A stretch of DNA of 64,000 nucleotides from Thauera butanivorans NBRC 103042. GTDB lineage: Bacteria > Pseudomonadota > Gammaproteobacteria > Burkholderiales > Rhodocyclaceae. The notes under the pieces were generated by a model. It saw nothing but the letters and a program-made list of their open reading frames with translations, searched no databases and had not been told where the DNA came from. How positions within the stretch are numbered: the stretch's first letter is position 1; each line of letters opens with the position of its first letter. Location: the NCBI RefSeq assembly GCF_001591165.1, contig NZ_BCUG01000021.1:1-64000 (forward strand), written 5' to 3'. Made by a program: the position numbers and the translations under genes. This document shows, one piece after another, positions 40,147 to 50,892 of this stretch.

Positions 40147-41163
40147 TCAAGGCTTGCTCCCGGACTTGCCGGCGTTGCGGATGAAGCGGTTCACCGCCTG
40201 ATTGTGCTCGGCCAGCGTGCGCGAGAACTGGCTGCTGCCGTCGCCCCGCGAGACGAAATAGAGGAATTCGCTCTGCTGCGGCCGCACTGCCGCCAGCAGC
40301 GCGTCGGGGCCCGGCATCGCGATCGGCGTCGGCGGCAGGCCGCCGCGCGTATAGGTGTTCCAGGGATGGTCGGTTTCGAGATGCCTGCGCCGCAGCCGGC
40401 CGTCGTAATCGGCGCCGAGACCGTAGATCACCGTCGGGTCGGTCTGCAGCGGCATGCCGATGCGCAGGCGGTTGGCGAAGACCGAGGCGACCAGGCCGCG
40501 ATCCTCGGCACGGCCGGTTTCCTTCTCGACGATGGAGGCCAGGATCAGGGCCTCGTAGGGCGTCTTCAGCGGCAGCGCCGGATCGCGCGCGGCCCAGGCC
40601 TGGTCGAGCCGCTGCTGCATCGCATGGTAGGCGCGGCGCAGCACGCCGGACGCGTTCGAACGCTTGTCGAACAGATAGGTGTCCGGGAAGAACAGGCCTT
40701 CCGGATGCGCCTCGGTGGCACCGATGCGGGCGAGGATTTCCGCGTCGCCGAGGCCCGCGGTATCCGGCTCCAGCTCGGGGTGGCTTTCCAGCACCTTGCG
40801 CACCTGGCTGAAGGTCCAGCCCTCCACCAGCAGCACGTCCGCCTGCGACACGTCGCCGTCCGAGAGCTTCAATACCAGTTGCCAGGGCGTGATGCCGGCG
40901 TGGACTTCGTAGCTGCCCGCCTTGATCGTGTTGGCACGGCCGCCGATGCGGGCGAGCCAGCTCAGCCACGCCGGGTCGACGTCCACGCCTGCCTCGGCGA
41001 TGACCTTGGCGGCCTGGCGCATGCCCAGGCCGCGCTGCACGGTGAAGTCCACCACTTCGCTCTTCAGCGCCAGCGGACGATGGGCGAACCATGTGCCGGC
41101 GCCCGCCGCGAGGGCGGCCAGCAGTACGAGCAGCAATACGGAACGAAGCAGGAAACGTATCAT
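40147..41163 (-). CDS. mltG: Endolytic murein transglycosylase MltG (YceG-like)
   Basis: N-terminal TM anchor. YceG domain motifs ([19 protein letters not shown], catalytic Glu region). Sits in the mltG-tmk-holB order. Confidence 0.9.
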   Translation of the reverse strand: MIRFLLRSVLLLVLLAALAAGAGTWFAHRPLALKSEVVDFTVQRGLGMRQAAKVIAEAGVDVDPAWLSWLARIGGRANTIKAGSYEVHAGITPWQLVLKLSDGDVSQADVLLVEGWTFSQVRKVLESHPELEPDTAGLGDAEILARIGATEAHPEGLFFPDTYLFDKRSNASGVLRRAYHAMQQRLDQAWAARDPALPLKTPYEALILASIVEKETGRAEDRGLVASVFANRLRIGMPLQTDPTVIYGLGADYDGRLRRRHLETDHPWNTYTRGGLPPTPIAMPGPDALLAAVRPQQSEFLYFVSRGDGSSQFSRTLAEHNQAVNRFIRNAGKSGSKP

Positions 41164-41298
41164 CGTCGATCGACAAGACCATGGCGGGCGCAGGGGCGAC
41201 CACCGTTTGGCGGGCGCCTATAATACTGCATCGCGCCGCCGGCCCGCCCGGCGCAGCCCTTCTCCACCCCCAACCCGCTGGAACACACAAGCAAGAAC

Positions 41299-42348
41299 AT
41301 GACCGCCTGGACCGATTTCCTCGCCCGGCAGGGCGCCGAGCTGGCAGACCACCATCTTCGTTTCGCCGACCCCGCCGCCGAAGCCCGCGCCGTGGCCGAA
41401 TCCACCGTCGCCGTGCCACTGCTGCATCTCGGCACGGTACGCTCGGTAGGCCCGGATTCCGCCGCCTTCATCCACAACCTGGTCTCCAACGAAGTGCAGA
41501 AGATGGCCGCCGACAGCGCGGCCTGGAACAGCTTCAACTCGCCCAAGGGCCGCATGATCGCCAGCTTCCTGATCTGGCCGGAGAGTGACGGCCATTCGAT
41601 GGTGCTGTCGGCCGAGGTGCTGCCGGCCTTCCTGAAGAAGTTCTCGATGTACGTGCTGCGCAGCAAGGTGAAGCTGTCCGATGCCAGCGAAGCGCTGGTG
41701 CTGCTCGGGGTCGGCGGCACCGACGCCGGCGCGGTGCTCGCCCGCGCCGGCGTCGCGGTACCGGACGCGGCGATGAAGCAGGCTGGCGGCGACGAAACCG
41801 GCGGCACCAGCGGACCACGCTGCATCCGCCTCGACGAGCGCAACTTCATCGTCGCGGTGGCGGCCGACGCCGCGCCCGCGCTGTTCGACGCGCTGCAGGC
41901 AGCCGGCGCCGTCAAGGCCGGCACCGGCGCCTGGCAACTGGCGATGATCCGCGCCGGCATCCCGCTCATCACCCAGCCGACGCAGGAAGAATTCGTCGCC
42001 CAGATGCTGAACTACGATCTGATCGGCGGCGTGGACTTCAAGAAGGGCTGTTACCCCGGCCAGGAGATCGTCGCCCGCACGCAATACCTCGGCAAGCTGA
42101 AGAAACGCATGTACCGCGTCTCCGGCCCGTCCGGCACGGCGCTGCCGGCTGCCGGCACCGACGTCTACGCGCCGGCCTTCGGCGAGCAGTCCGCCGGCAA
42201 GATCGTCAATGCCGCAGCGACGGCCGACGGCGGCTTCGAGGCGCTCGCGGTGCTGCAGACCAGCAGCGCCGAAGCGGGCGAACTCCACCTCGGCAGCGTC
42301 GATGGTCCGCGCCTGGCCTTGCTCGACCTGCCCTACGCGCTCGCTTGA
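41299..42348 (+). CDS. ygfZ: Folate-binding protein YgfZ (CAF17/aminomethyltransferase-like, Fe-S cluster repair)
   Basis: GcvT-like fold motifs. C-terminal [25 protein letters not shown] matches the YgfZ signature K-G-C-Y-x-G-Q-E. Confidence 0.8.
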   Translation: MTAWTDFLARQGAELADHHLRFADPAAEARAVAESTVAVPLLHLGTVRSVGPDSAAFIHNLVSNEVQKMAADSAAWNSFNSPKGRMIASFLIWPESDGHSMVLSAEVLPAFLKKFSMYVLRSKVKLSDASEALVLLGVGGTDAGAVLARAGVAVPDAAMKQAGGDETGGTSGPRCIRLDERNFIVAVAADAAPALFDALQAAGAVKAGTGAWQLAMIRAGIPLITQPTQEEFVAQMLNYDLIGGVDFKKGCYPGQEIVARTQYLGKLKKRMYRVSGPSGTALPAAGTDVYAPAFGEQSAGKIVNAAATADGGFEALAVLQTSSAEAGELHLGSVDGPRLALLDLPYALA

Positions 42349-42470
42349 GCGGCTCGCGCCAGGTCCGCCCGCAGCACTCCGGCGCCTCCGAGATGAGCAC
42401 ATCGCCCGCCATGCCTGCCGACGGCGGCTCCGGGAACATCGCACCCGCAGCCGCCTCGTCCCGGACCGGC

Positions 42471-42770
42471 ATGTTCACGGCCGCCGTGCATCTTTATCTG
42501 TACTACAAGCTCAGGCCCGATGCCGGGGTCCACGTCGCACGGAGCCGTGTGCGCGCGATGCAGGCCGGGCTGGCACGGCACACCGGCATCCAGGGGCGGC
42601 TGATGCGGCGTGCAGACGACCCGCTGACCTGGATGGAAGTCTACGAAGGCGTCGCCGACCGCGCCGCCTTCATGCAGGCGCTGGACGCCGCCGCGCTTGC
42701 CCACGGCCTGGCCGATCTGCTCGAAGCCGGCGGCGCACGCCACGTCGAATGCTTCACCGAGGAAGCCTGA
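42471..42770 (+). CDS. DUF4936-family protein
   Basis: MFTAAVHLYLYYKLRPDAG...TWMEVYEG resembles DUF4936 small proteins. The start is uncertain (the ORF is open from 42345). Confidence 0.5.
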   Translation: MFTAAVHLYLYYKLRPDAGVHVARSRVRAMQAGLARHTGIQGRLMRRADDPLTWMEVYEGVADRAAFMQALDAAALAHGLADLLEAGGARHVECFTEEA

Positions 42771-42774
42771 ACCC

Positions 42775-43566
42775 ATGTGCCTGATCGTCTTCGCCTGGCA
42801 GCGCCATCCCGACTATCCGCTGGTGGTCGCCGCCAACCGCGACGAATACCTCGCCCGCCCGGCCGTCCCCGCGCACTGGTGGACCGACGCTCCCGAGCTG
42901 CTCGCCGGCCGCGACCTGGAAGCCGGCGGCACCTGGATGGGGTTGAGCCGCAGCGGCCGCTTCGCCGCGCTGACCAATTACCGCGACCCCAGCCGCCACA
43001 TCGAAGGCGCACCGTCGCGCGGCGCACTGGTCCGCAACGCGCTCGAATCCACCGACGATGCCGAGACCACGCTGAAACGCCTCGCCGGCGAGAGTGCGGC
43101 CTACGCCGCCTTCAACCTGCTGGTCGGCGACGGCCGCAGTCTCGGCGTGCTGGAAAGCGCCACCGGCGCGGTCAGGATGCTGGCACCCGGCATCTACGGC
43201 CTGTCGAACCACCTGCTCGACACGCCCTGGCCCAAGCTGCTGAAGCTGCGCGAAGGCCTCGCCGCGCTGCTGCCGAAGCTGCCGGACGACGATGCCTTGC
43301 TGGCCTTGCTGCGCGACAGCACGCCGGCCCCCGACCCCCATCTGCCGGAAACCGGCGTCAGCCTGGAATGGGAACGCTGGCTGTCGCCCGCCTTCATCCG
43401 CGCACCGGGCTACGGCACACGCTGCTCGAGCCTGCTGACGGTCGACCGCCAGGGCGGCACCCGCCTGCGCGAATGGACCTGGGACACGCACGGTGACCTG
43501 CACGGCGACGTCACCCATCGCTTCACTGTGCAACAGCCGGCCGGCGACCCGCAGCCTGTGTCCTGA
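42775..43566 (+). CDS. NRDE-family protein (DUF833)
   Basis: MCLIVFAWQRHPDYPLVVAANRDEYLARP has the eponymous NRDE motif. 263 aa. Confidence 0.7.
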   Translation: MCLIVFAWQRHPDYPLVVAANRDEYLARPAVPAHWWTDAPELLAGRDLEAGGTWMGLSRSGRFAALTNYRDPSRHIEGAPSRGALVRNALESTDDAETTLKRLAGESAAYAAFNLLVGDGRSLGVLESATGAVRMLAPGIYGLSNHLLDTPWPKLLKLREGLAALLPKLPDDDALLALLRDSTPAPDPHLPETGVSLEWERWLSPAFIRAPGYGTRCSSLLTVDRQGGTRLREWTWDTHGDLHGDVTHRFTVQQPAGDPQPVS

Positions 43567-43599
43567 CTTTCACCTCTCCTCGCCCGGAGGGTCTGCCCG

Positions 43600-44373
43600 C
43601 TAGCCCGTGCTGCCGGCTCGATGGGCCGGCATCCGGTCGAGCCGCGCCAGCACGCGCTGGGCGATGTTGCCGATGTCGAAGCTGTGCATCGCGTCCAGCG
43701 CGGTGCTGCGTGCCAGGATCTGGCTGCGCGACGGCGGGAAGGCGGTATCGGCGACCGCGAAACTGATGCGGTTGTCGCCCTCTTCCGCCGGAATCGACAG
43801 CACGCGGCCGTCGAAGGTCTGGCGCAGCCGCGAAGCGTAGATCGGGTAGCGGCTGTCTCCCGCCCAGTGGTTGATCGCCAGCACCCCGCCGGGCGCCAGC
43901 GCACGGCGGCAATCGGCATAGAAGGCGGCGCTGCCCAGGCGCTCGGGCATGCCGGCGGCATTGAAGCCGTCGACCAGCAGCACGTCTGGCCCATCGTCGC
44001 CATCGCCGCAATCGCGCACATGGTCGACACCGTCGGCGCAGATCACGCGGAAGCGCTCGTCGTCGGGCGGAATGCCGAAGCGCTCGCGCAGCGCGATCAC
44101 CTCGGGATTGATTTCCACCGCGGTGAAACGGACTTCCGGCATCGCATGCAGGCAGTACTTGGCCAGCGAACCGCCGCCGAGGCCGATCATCAGGATGTGG
44201 CGAGGCTGCGGCCTGAACAGCAGGAAGCCCATCATCGCCCGCGTGTAGTCCAGCGCCAGCAGATGCGGCCAGGTGATCGACATCATGCTCTGCACCGTCA
44301 GGCCGTCGAACTGCAGCGAGCGCAGGTCGCCGAAGTCGGACACGCAGGGGTTGTCGTGCTGCTGCCCGCTCAT
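43600..44373 (-). CDS. Spermidine-synthase-like class I SAM-dependent methyltransferase-fold protein
   Basis: ILMIGLGGGSLAKY...FTAVEINPEVI...DVLLVDGFN matches the aminopropyltransferase/SpeE-like fold. Start ATG 44373 overlaps the GNAT stop (ATGA). Confidence 0.7.
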   Translation of the reverse strand: MSGQQHDNPCVSDFGDLRSLQFDGLTVQSMMSITWPHLLALDYTRAMMGFLLFRPQPRHILMIGLGGGSLAKYCLHAMPEVRFTAVEINPEVIALRERFGIPPDDERFRVICADGVDHVRDCGDGDDGPDVLLVDGFNAAGMPERLGSAAFYADCRRALAPGGVLAINHWAGDSRYPIYASRLRQTFDGRVLSIPAEEGDNRISFAVADTAFPPSRSQILARSTALDAMHSFDIGNIAQRVLARLDRMPAHRAGSTG

Positions 44374-44846
44374 CCCGTGCCGTCCCGCCGCTCCGCGAGC
44401 GTGCGCCGCATCGCCCGGTGCGGGATGCCGGCTTCGATGAAGACTTCGCCGTACTCCTCGAAACCATGCCGGCGGTAGAAATCCAGCGCCTGCACCTGGG
44501 CGTTGAGCAGCGCCTGCGCCATACCGCCCGCGCCGGCTTCCGCCACCAGCGCTTCGAGTACCGCCCCGCCCACGCCGCATCCGCGCCAGGCAGCGTCCAC
44601 CGCCATGCGGCCGATGTGGCCGTCCGGCAGCAGCCGGCCGGTGGCGACCACGCCGCCGCCGGCATCGGTGGCGATGGCGTGGCGGCTTTGCGGATCGAAC
44701 TCGTCCAGCTCGATTTCGGCCGGCACGCCCTGCTCGACGACGAACACCCGCATGCGCAGCGGCACCACGCGCGCCTGCGCGGCCGGCCAGTCGACGATGT
44801 CGATACGGATGTCCTCGGCCCTGCCCCCAAGCTCCCCATCCTTCAT
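44370..44846 (-). CDS. GNAT-family N-acetyltransferase
   Basis: RMRVFVVEQGVPAEIELDEFD...RGCGVGGAVLEALVAEA is the acetyl-CoA binding motif. Start ATG 44846. The longer upstream ORF extension is GC noise. Confidence 0.75.
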   Translation of the reverse strand: MKDGELGGRAEDIRIDIVDWPAAQARVVPLRMRVFVVEQGVPAEIELDEFDPQSRHAIATDAGGGVVATGRLLPDGHIGRMAVDAAWRGCGVGGAVLEALVAEAGAGGMAQALLNAQVQALDFYRRHGFEEYGEVFIEAGIPHRAMRRTLAERRDGTG

Positions 44847-45322
44847 TCGCAGATCTCCACGCACGTTCCGGCCTGCACCAGCTCGAACAGTTCGATGATG
44901 TCGCGGTTGCGCATGCGCACGCAGCCGTGCGACAGCGGCACGCCCATCGGCTGGTCGTCGCCGGTGCCGTGGATGTAGATGTAGCGCCGCATCGAATCGA
45001 CGCGGCCGAGGCGGTTGCGCCCCGGCTCCTCGCCGCACAGCCACAGGATGCGGCTGAGAATCCAGTCGCGCCCCGGATGCGCGGCGGCGAATTCCGGCGT
45101 CCAGCATTCGCCGGTCGGCCGGCGGCCGCGGAACACCGCGCCACAGGGCGCGCCGGCGCCGATGCGGGCGCGGATGCGGTGGCGGCCGCGCGGCGTGCGA
45201 TGGCTACCGGTTTCCTCGCCGGCGCCGTTCAGCGCGGTCGACACCGGATAGCGGCGGATGCAGGCACCGTCGTCGCCGAAAAGCGCCAGGCACTGGCGGC
45301 CGATGTCGATGCGGACGTGCAT
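44843..45322 (-). CDS. L,D-transpeptidase (YkuD/ErfK-family catalytic domain)
   Basis: YIYIHGTGDDQPMGVPLSHGCVRMRNRDIIELF has the HxxxxxxSxGCxR active-site signature. Confidence 0.75.
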   Translation of the reverse strand: MHVRIDIGRQCLALFGDDGACIRRYPVSTALNGAGEETGSHRTPRGRHRIRARIGAGAPCGAVFRGRRPTGECWTPEFAAAHPGRDWILSRILWLCGEEPGRNRLGRVDSMRRYIYIHGTGDDQPMGVPLSHGCVRMRNRDIIELFELVQAGTCVEICE

Positions 45323-45817
<495 letters not shown>

Positions 45818-45998
45818 CTAGCGGACGGCGCCTTCCCCGGCGCCAGCCGCTGGCGACTGGCGCTGAAAATGGAACAGTCAATCAACAATCACGCTGTTTA
45901 TCCCGGCGTGCCACATGCTTAAGATGGTCCGTGCCATCAAGGCCGCCGGCCTCGCCATTTGCACCCCACTCCACTCATCTGCGCGACATCAACACGCC

Positions 45999-46802
45999 AT
46001 GCCCCCGTCCTCCGCTCCCGGGCTGCCCAGCCTCTTCGTCTCGCACGGTTCCCCGCTGTTCGCGCTCGAACCCGGCATCGCCGGCAGCGAACTGCACGCG
46101 CTGGCCGCGCGCCTGCCACGCCCCGAAGCCATCATCATCGCCTCGCCGCACTGGATGGCGCCACGCCTGTCGGTGACATCCGGCTCGCACCCGGAAACGA
46201 TCCACGATTTCGGCGGCTTTCCTCAGCCGCTGTATGAGCTGGCCTACCCTGCTCCGGGCTCGCCTGCCTGGGCGCAGCGCGCGCTGGACGCCTTCGCCGC
46301 CGCCGGCATCTCCGCCCAGGCCGATCCCCGGCGCGGGCTCGACCATGGCGCCTGGGTGCCGCTGATGCACATGTATCCGGCTGCCGACATTCCGGTCGTG
46401 CAGGTTTCGCTGCATCCGCATTTCGGCCCTGCGCATTACCTGCAGCTCGGCCGCGCGCTGGCGCCGCTGCGTGAACAGGGGGCGCTGATCGTCGGTTCCG
46501 GCAGTCTGACGCACAACCTGTACGAACTTCGCCGCGAATCCGCGCCGGTGCGCGATTACGTGCGTGACTTCGCCGAATGGATCGCCGCCACGCTGGCCAG
46601 CGGCGACGCCACCGCGATGCTGGACTACCGCGCCCGCGCGCCCCATGCCGAACACGCTCATCCGACCGACGAGCACCTGCTGCCGCTACTGTTCGCGCTG
46701 GGAGCCGCGGGCGAGGCCTGGCAGGCACAGCGCATCGCCGGCGACGACGTGCGCTACGGAACACTGGCGATGGACGGCTACGTATTCAGCGGCCATGCCT
46801 AG
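45999..46802 (+). CDS. ygiD: 4,5-DOPA-dioxygenase-like class III extradiol dioxygenase (YgiD)
   Basis: LFVSHGSP...SPHW...LDHGAWVPL..GSGSLTHNL are YgiD/LigB-family motifs. Start ATG 45999. Confidence 0.85.
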   Translation: MPPSSAPGLPSLFVSHGSPLFALEPGIAGSELHALAARLPRPEAIIIASPHWMAPRLSVTSGSHPETIHDFGGFPQPLYELAYPAPGSPAWAQRALDAFAAAGISAQADPRRGLDHGAWVPLMHMYPAADIPVVQVSLHPHFGPAHYLQLGRALAPLREQGALIVGSGSLTHNLYELRRESAPVRDYVRDFAEWIAATLASGDATAMLDYRARAPHAEHAHPTDEHLLPLLFALGAAGEAWQAQRIAGDDVRYGTLAMDGYVFSGHA

Positions 46803-48652
46803 CCGCCGCCGTGCTGGAAGGGAAACAGCAGCGGCAGCAGGCCGATGCAGACCAGCATCACCAGCGCGGTGAACGGCACGCCGACGCGCACGAAATCGCC
46901 GAAGCGGTAGTTGCCCGGCCCCAGCACGAGCGTATTGACCGGCGAGGACACCGGGGTCATGAAGGCCGCCGAGGCCGCCAGCGCGACCGTCATCGCGAAC
47001 GGATAAGGCGACATGCCGAGCTGGGCGGCCAGCCCGATGCCGATCGGCGCCATCAATACCGCGGTCGCAGTGTTCGACACGAACAGCCCGACCACCGCGG
47101 TCAGGGCGAACAGCGCCGCCATCACCATCCGCGGCGAAGCTTCTCCGGTCAGCGACAGCATGCCGCCGACGAGCAGCTCGATGCCGCCGGTCTTCTGCAG
47201 CGCCGTGGCGAAGGGCAGCATGCCGACGATCAGGATCAGGCTCTGCCAGTGGATGCTGCGGTAGGCGCTGTCCATGTCGATGCAGCGCAGCGCGCCCATC
47301 AGCACGCAGCCGAGCAGCGCCGCGATGACGTTGGGCACTGCGCCGCTGATCATCAAGGCCACGGTGATCGCCAGGCAGGCCAGCGCGTGCGGCGCCTTGC
47401 GCGCCGCGGGGGCGGCTTCGTCGATCTCCGCCGGCAGCGTCAGCACGAGGAAGTCGTGCGCCAGGGTGTGCAGCAGGCGGATGGATTTCCAGGTGCCGGC
47501 GACCAGCAGGGTGTCGCCCATCTTCAGCTTTTCGTCGAGCAGCCTGTCGACCAGCGACTGGCCGCCGCGCCGCAGGCCCATGACGTTGATTCCCCGCCGG
47601 GTGCGCATGCGCAGTTCGAGAATGGACTTGCCGATCAGATTCGAGCCGGGCGGAATCAGCACTTCGGCGAGCCCAAGCTCGCGCGACAGGTCGGCGAAGT
47701 AATCGTCGCGGAAAGCCTTGTCATGGAGCTTCATTTCGTCGGCGAAACGCACGATCTCATCTTCGCCCCGGCCGAAATCGACCAGGATGATGTCGCCCGC
47801 GCGGATTTCCCGGTTGGCCGCGGTGGTCAGCATCGTCCGGCCGAACTGGCGGATCCGTTCGATGGCGATGATGTTGGCGCCGTAGCGCGCCCGCAGCTGC
47901 AGTTCCCCCAGCGTGCGGCCGGTCATCGGCGAACCGCTCGCCACCATCATGCGGCGCGTGCGGCCGAGCAGGCGATAGTCCTCGGCAAGCTCGCGCAGGC
48001 GCCGGCGGCGGCTCCGCACCTGGGTCTGCGGCGATGCCGGCCCGCCCAGCCAGTTGCGCACGAGGAGCATGTAGGCCACGCCCATGCCGAGCACCACGAG
48101 CCCCATCGGCGTGAAATCGAAGAAGCCGAAACCGGCCTCGCCGACACGATTCAGTTCCGCATTCACCACCAGGTTGGGCGGCGTGCCGACCAGCGTCAGC
48201 ATCCCGCTCATCAGTGCGGCGAAGGCCAACGGCATCATCAGCCGCCGCGGCTCGGCGCCGATGCGCGCAGCGATGCTCAGCGTGACCGGGATGAAGATCG
48301 CCACCACGCCGGTCGAGCTCATCACCGAGCCGAGCAGCGCCACCGCCAGCATCAGCAGCACCAGCAGGCGGGTCTCGTTGCTGCCGGCGCGCTCGACCAG
48401 CCAGTCGCCGACGCGGAAGGCCACGCCGGTGCGGACCAGGCCCTCGCCGATGACGAAGAAGGCCGCGATGAGGATCACGCTCGGCTCGCTGAAGCCGGCC
48501 AGCGCCTCGCCCACGCTCAGGGTTCCACTCAACACCAGGGCGAGCATGGCGCACACCGCCACCACGTCCATGCGCGGCCGGTTCGCGACGAAGCAGCCGA
48601 CACACAGGGCGAGCAGCCCGAACACCCACAGCATTTCAGGATTCATGGTCAT
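46799..48652 (-). CDS. SLC13/DASS-family anion permease with two central TrkA-C domains
   Basis: 617 aa. N- and C-terminal polytopic membrane halves around two cytoplasmic TrkA_C-like segments (LGELQLRARYGANIIAIER, SILELRMRTRRGINVMGLRR). Start MTMNPEM at 48652. Confidence 0.85.
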   Translation of the reverse strand: MTMNPEMLWVFGLLALCVGCFVANRPRMDVVAVCAMLALVLSGTLSVGEALAGFSEPSVILIAAFFVIGEGLVRTGVAFRVGDWLVERAGSNETRLLVLLMLAVALLGSVMSSTGVVAIFIPVTLSIAARIGAEPRRLMMPLAFAALMSGMLTLVGTPPNLVVNAELNRVGEAGFGFFDFTPMGLVVLGMGVAYMLLVRNWLGGPASPQTQVRSRRRRLRELAEDYRLLGRTRRMMVASGSPMTGRTLGELQLRARYGANIIAIERIRQFGRTMLTTAANREIRAGDIILVDFGRGEDEIVRFADEMKLHDKAFRDDYFADLSRELGLAEVLIPPGSNLIGKSILELRMRTRRGINVMGLRRGGQSLVDRLLDEKLKMGDTLLVAGTWKSIRLLHTLAHDFLVLTLPAEIDEAAPAARKAPHALACLAITVALMISGAVPNVIAALLGCVLMGALRCIDMDSAYRSIHWQSLILIVGMLPFATALQKTGGIELLVGGMLSLTGEASPRMVMAALFALTAVVGLFVSNTATAVLMAPIGIGLAAQLGMSPYPFAMTVALAASAAFMTPVSSPVNTLVLGPGNYRFGDFVRVGVPFTALVMLVCIGLLPLLFPFQHGGG

Positions 48653-48866
48653 CGATCGAATGGCAGGAACGGCGGACGGCAGGGCATGGCAACTCCTTTC
48701 CGCGGGCGTGAAGCATAAGCGAGAACCACGACGGGCCGCGCACCGGCTCACCATGCAGGCTAGAATCGAACCCGACGCAGGCTCATGCCCGCCGCAAAGC
48801 CGCCAGGACGGCGGGCGAAAGCCTGAGCCCGGTATCACACATCAGACAAGAACAGGTAGCCACGCG

Positions 48867-49727
48867 ATGGAAGCATTCGAACGACAGATCAGGGCCTTTG
48901 CCGCCGACATGGACCACGAATTGAAGGCGGGCAACCTCAGCTTTCCCACGGTGTTCGACCTTTCCCTGCGCATCAAGAAGATCGCCGACGATCCGAACTC
49001 CTCGCTCGAGAACATCGCCGAACTGGTACGCGCCGAACCCCTGCTCAGCGCGAAAGTCCTGCGCATGGCGAACTCCCTTCTGCTGAACCCCTACCAGAAG
49101 GAAATCACCAGCGTCGCCAGCGCAATCTCGCGCATCGGCCTGTCCACGCTGCGCTGTCTTGCCTACGCGGTCGCCGCCGACCAGTTGGCGCGCGACCATC
49201 GCTCGCCCCGGATGCGCCTGATCGCCTCGGGCCTGTGGGTGCATTCGATCGACGTCGCCTCGTGGGCCTATGCCTTCTCGCGCCACCTGTCGCAGGGCAA
49301 CGCCGACACCGCACTGCTGGCCGGGCTGATGGTCAATATCGGCCAGTTCTACCTGCTGGCCAAGGCGGCGGACTACCCGGCGCTCGAGAACGACACTGCA
49401 CGCTTCGCCGAATTCGTCATGCTGTGGGACGAGCCGATCAAGCGCGCAGTGCTCGAGGCCTTCGAGCTTCCGGGCGACATCGTCCAGGCGGTGGACCTGA
49501 ATGCCGAGGGCCCGACCGAGTGGCCGCCGCGCACGCTGGACGATGTCGTTTTCCTGGCCACGCTGGCGGCGCAGACACCCGATCCCTTCGCCGACCTGCT
49601 CGGCATGCGGCGCAGACCCGAACTGCTCGACGCCAGCCTGGGCAACGACGGCCTGCGCGAACTCGATTCGATGATCGAAGCAGCAAACGCGACACGCAAG
49701 GACATGCTCGCAGCGGTCAGCGGCTGA
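48867..49727 (+). CDS. HDOD-domain signalling protein
   Basis: FPTVFDLSLRIKKIADDPNSSLENIAELVRAEPLLSAKVLRMANS...LWVHSIDVASWA is an HDOD pattern. 286 aa from ATG 48867. Confidence 0.75.
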   Translation: MEAFERQIRAFAADMDHELKAGNLSFPTVFDLSLRIKKIADDPNSSLENIAELVRAEPLLSAKVLRMANSLLLNPYQKEITSVASAISRIGLSTLRCLAYAVAADQLARDHRSPRMRLIASGLWVHSIDVASWAYAFSRHLSQGNADTALLAGLMVNIGQFYLLAKAADYPALENDTARFAEFVMLWDEPIKRAVLEAFELPGDIVQAVDLNAEGPTEWPPRTLDDVVFLATLAAQTPDPFADLLGMRRRPELLDASLGNDGLRELDSMIEAANATRKDMLAAVSG

Positions 49728-49792
49728 CGCCACGCCAGCGCCATCGCTCCCGGCTGGCTCCCCTCCGCGCCAGCCTGTCCCTGCAGGCTCTC

Positions 49793-50737
49793 TTACCCGG
49801 CCCGCAGCGCGGCGGCGACTGCGCCGGCCGCGGCCCGGACCGCGTCGTTCGCTTGCGGAAAGAGTTTCCCCAGCGTGATGAAACCGTGGACCATGCCATC
49901 CACCTGCAGGTAGTCCACCTCGCAGCCTTCCTCGCGCAGGCGGCCGGCGAAAGCGGCGCAGTCGTCGACCAGGGGGTCGAACTCCGCCGCGATCAGCATC
50001 GCCGGCGGCAGCCCGGCAAGCGAGGCGGCGCGCATCGGCGAGGCACGCCAGTCCTCGGTATTGCCATCGGGCAGATAGTGCTCGAAGAACCACTGCAAGG
50101 TGCCGAAATCGAGAAAATAGCCTTCGCCATAGTTCTGCCGCGAAAGCCGTTTACTGAGGATTTCGGTGGATGGATAGATCAGCAGCAGGAAGCGCGGCCC
50201 GATCCCGGCGTCGCGCAGTGACAGCGCGGTGACGATCGAGAGGTTGCCGCCCGCGCTGTCGCCTCCCAGGGCGATGCGCCCGGCATCGATACCCAGCAGA
50301 CCGGCATGCTGCACTGCCCAGTCGAAAGCCAGCGCGGCATCTTCGAGTGCAGCCGGAAAAGGATGCTCGGGCGCCAGCCGGTATTCGACCGACAGCACCG
50401 CGCAGCCCGAGACATTCGCGAATTGGCGGCACAGCACGTCATAGCTCGCGACGTCGCCGACGCACCAGCCGCCGCCGTGGAAATAGATCAGCAGCGGCAG
50501 CACGTCCCGCGGCGAGCTGGACAGCGGGCGATACAGCCGCGACAGCAAGGCGCTGCCGTCGGCACGCGCCATCGGCACTTCGGTGGTCGACGCCACGGCC
50601 GGCGCTTCCGGCCGGAAGGCGAACTGCAGCTTCTGGAAGGAGTGCCTGGCCTGGGCGGGCGACAGCTCGTGGAATTTCGGCGCGCCGACACGATAGGCCA
50701 TGTCGAGCAGGGAACGGGCCTCGGGACTCAGGGGCAT
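49793..50737 (-). CDS. Alpha/beta-hydrolase fold-3 esterase/lipase
   Basis: HGGGW oxyanion motif and GDSAGG nucleophile elbow. 314 aa. Confidence 0.85.
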   Translation of the reverse strand: MPLSPEARSLLDMAYRVGAPKFHELSPAQARHSFQKLQFAFRPEAPAVASTTEVPMARADGSALLSRLYRPLSSSPRDVLPLLIYFHGGGWCVGDVASYDVLCRQFANVSGCAVLSVEYRLAPEHPFPAALEDAALAFDWAVQHAGLLGIDAGRIALGGDSAGGNLSIVTALSLRDAGIGPRFLLLIYPSTEILSKRLSRQNYGEGYFLDFGTLQWFFEHYLPDGNTEDWRASPMRAASLAGLPPAMLIAAEFDPLVDDCAAFAGRLREEGCEVDYLQVDGMVHGFITLGKLFPQANDAVRAAAGAVAAALRAG

Positions 50738-50892
50738 GGTGTTCTACATGGCGCGGCGAGTGCGCCGTCAGCGGATTCGGGGCCGCAATTCTAGCTGCTC
50801 GCTCCGTTCAGCGGCACATGCGCGCATTACCGCACGCCATGTGTTGGCCGAACGAAGCGTAAAATACTTCATCATCCACTGGAGATCGCCGC

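Noticed and set aside
46577-48718. 713-aa plus-strand ORF antisense to the SLC13 permease
   Set aside because: It is a His/Arg/Gly/Asp-rich artefact. The opposite strand encodes a coherent polytopic transporter with TrkA-C domains.
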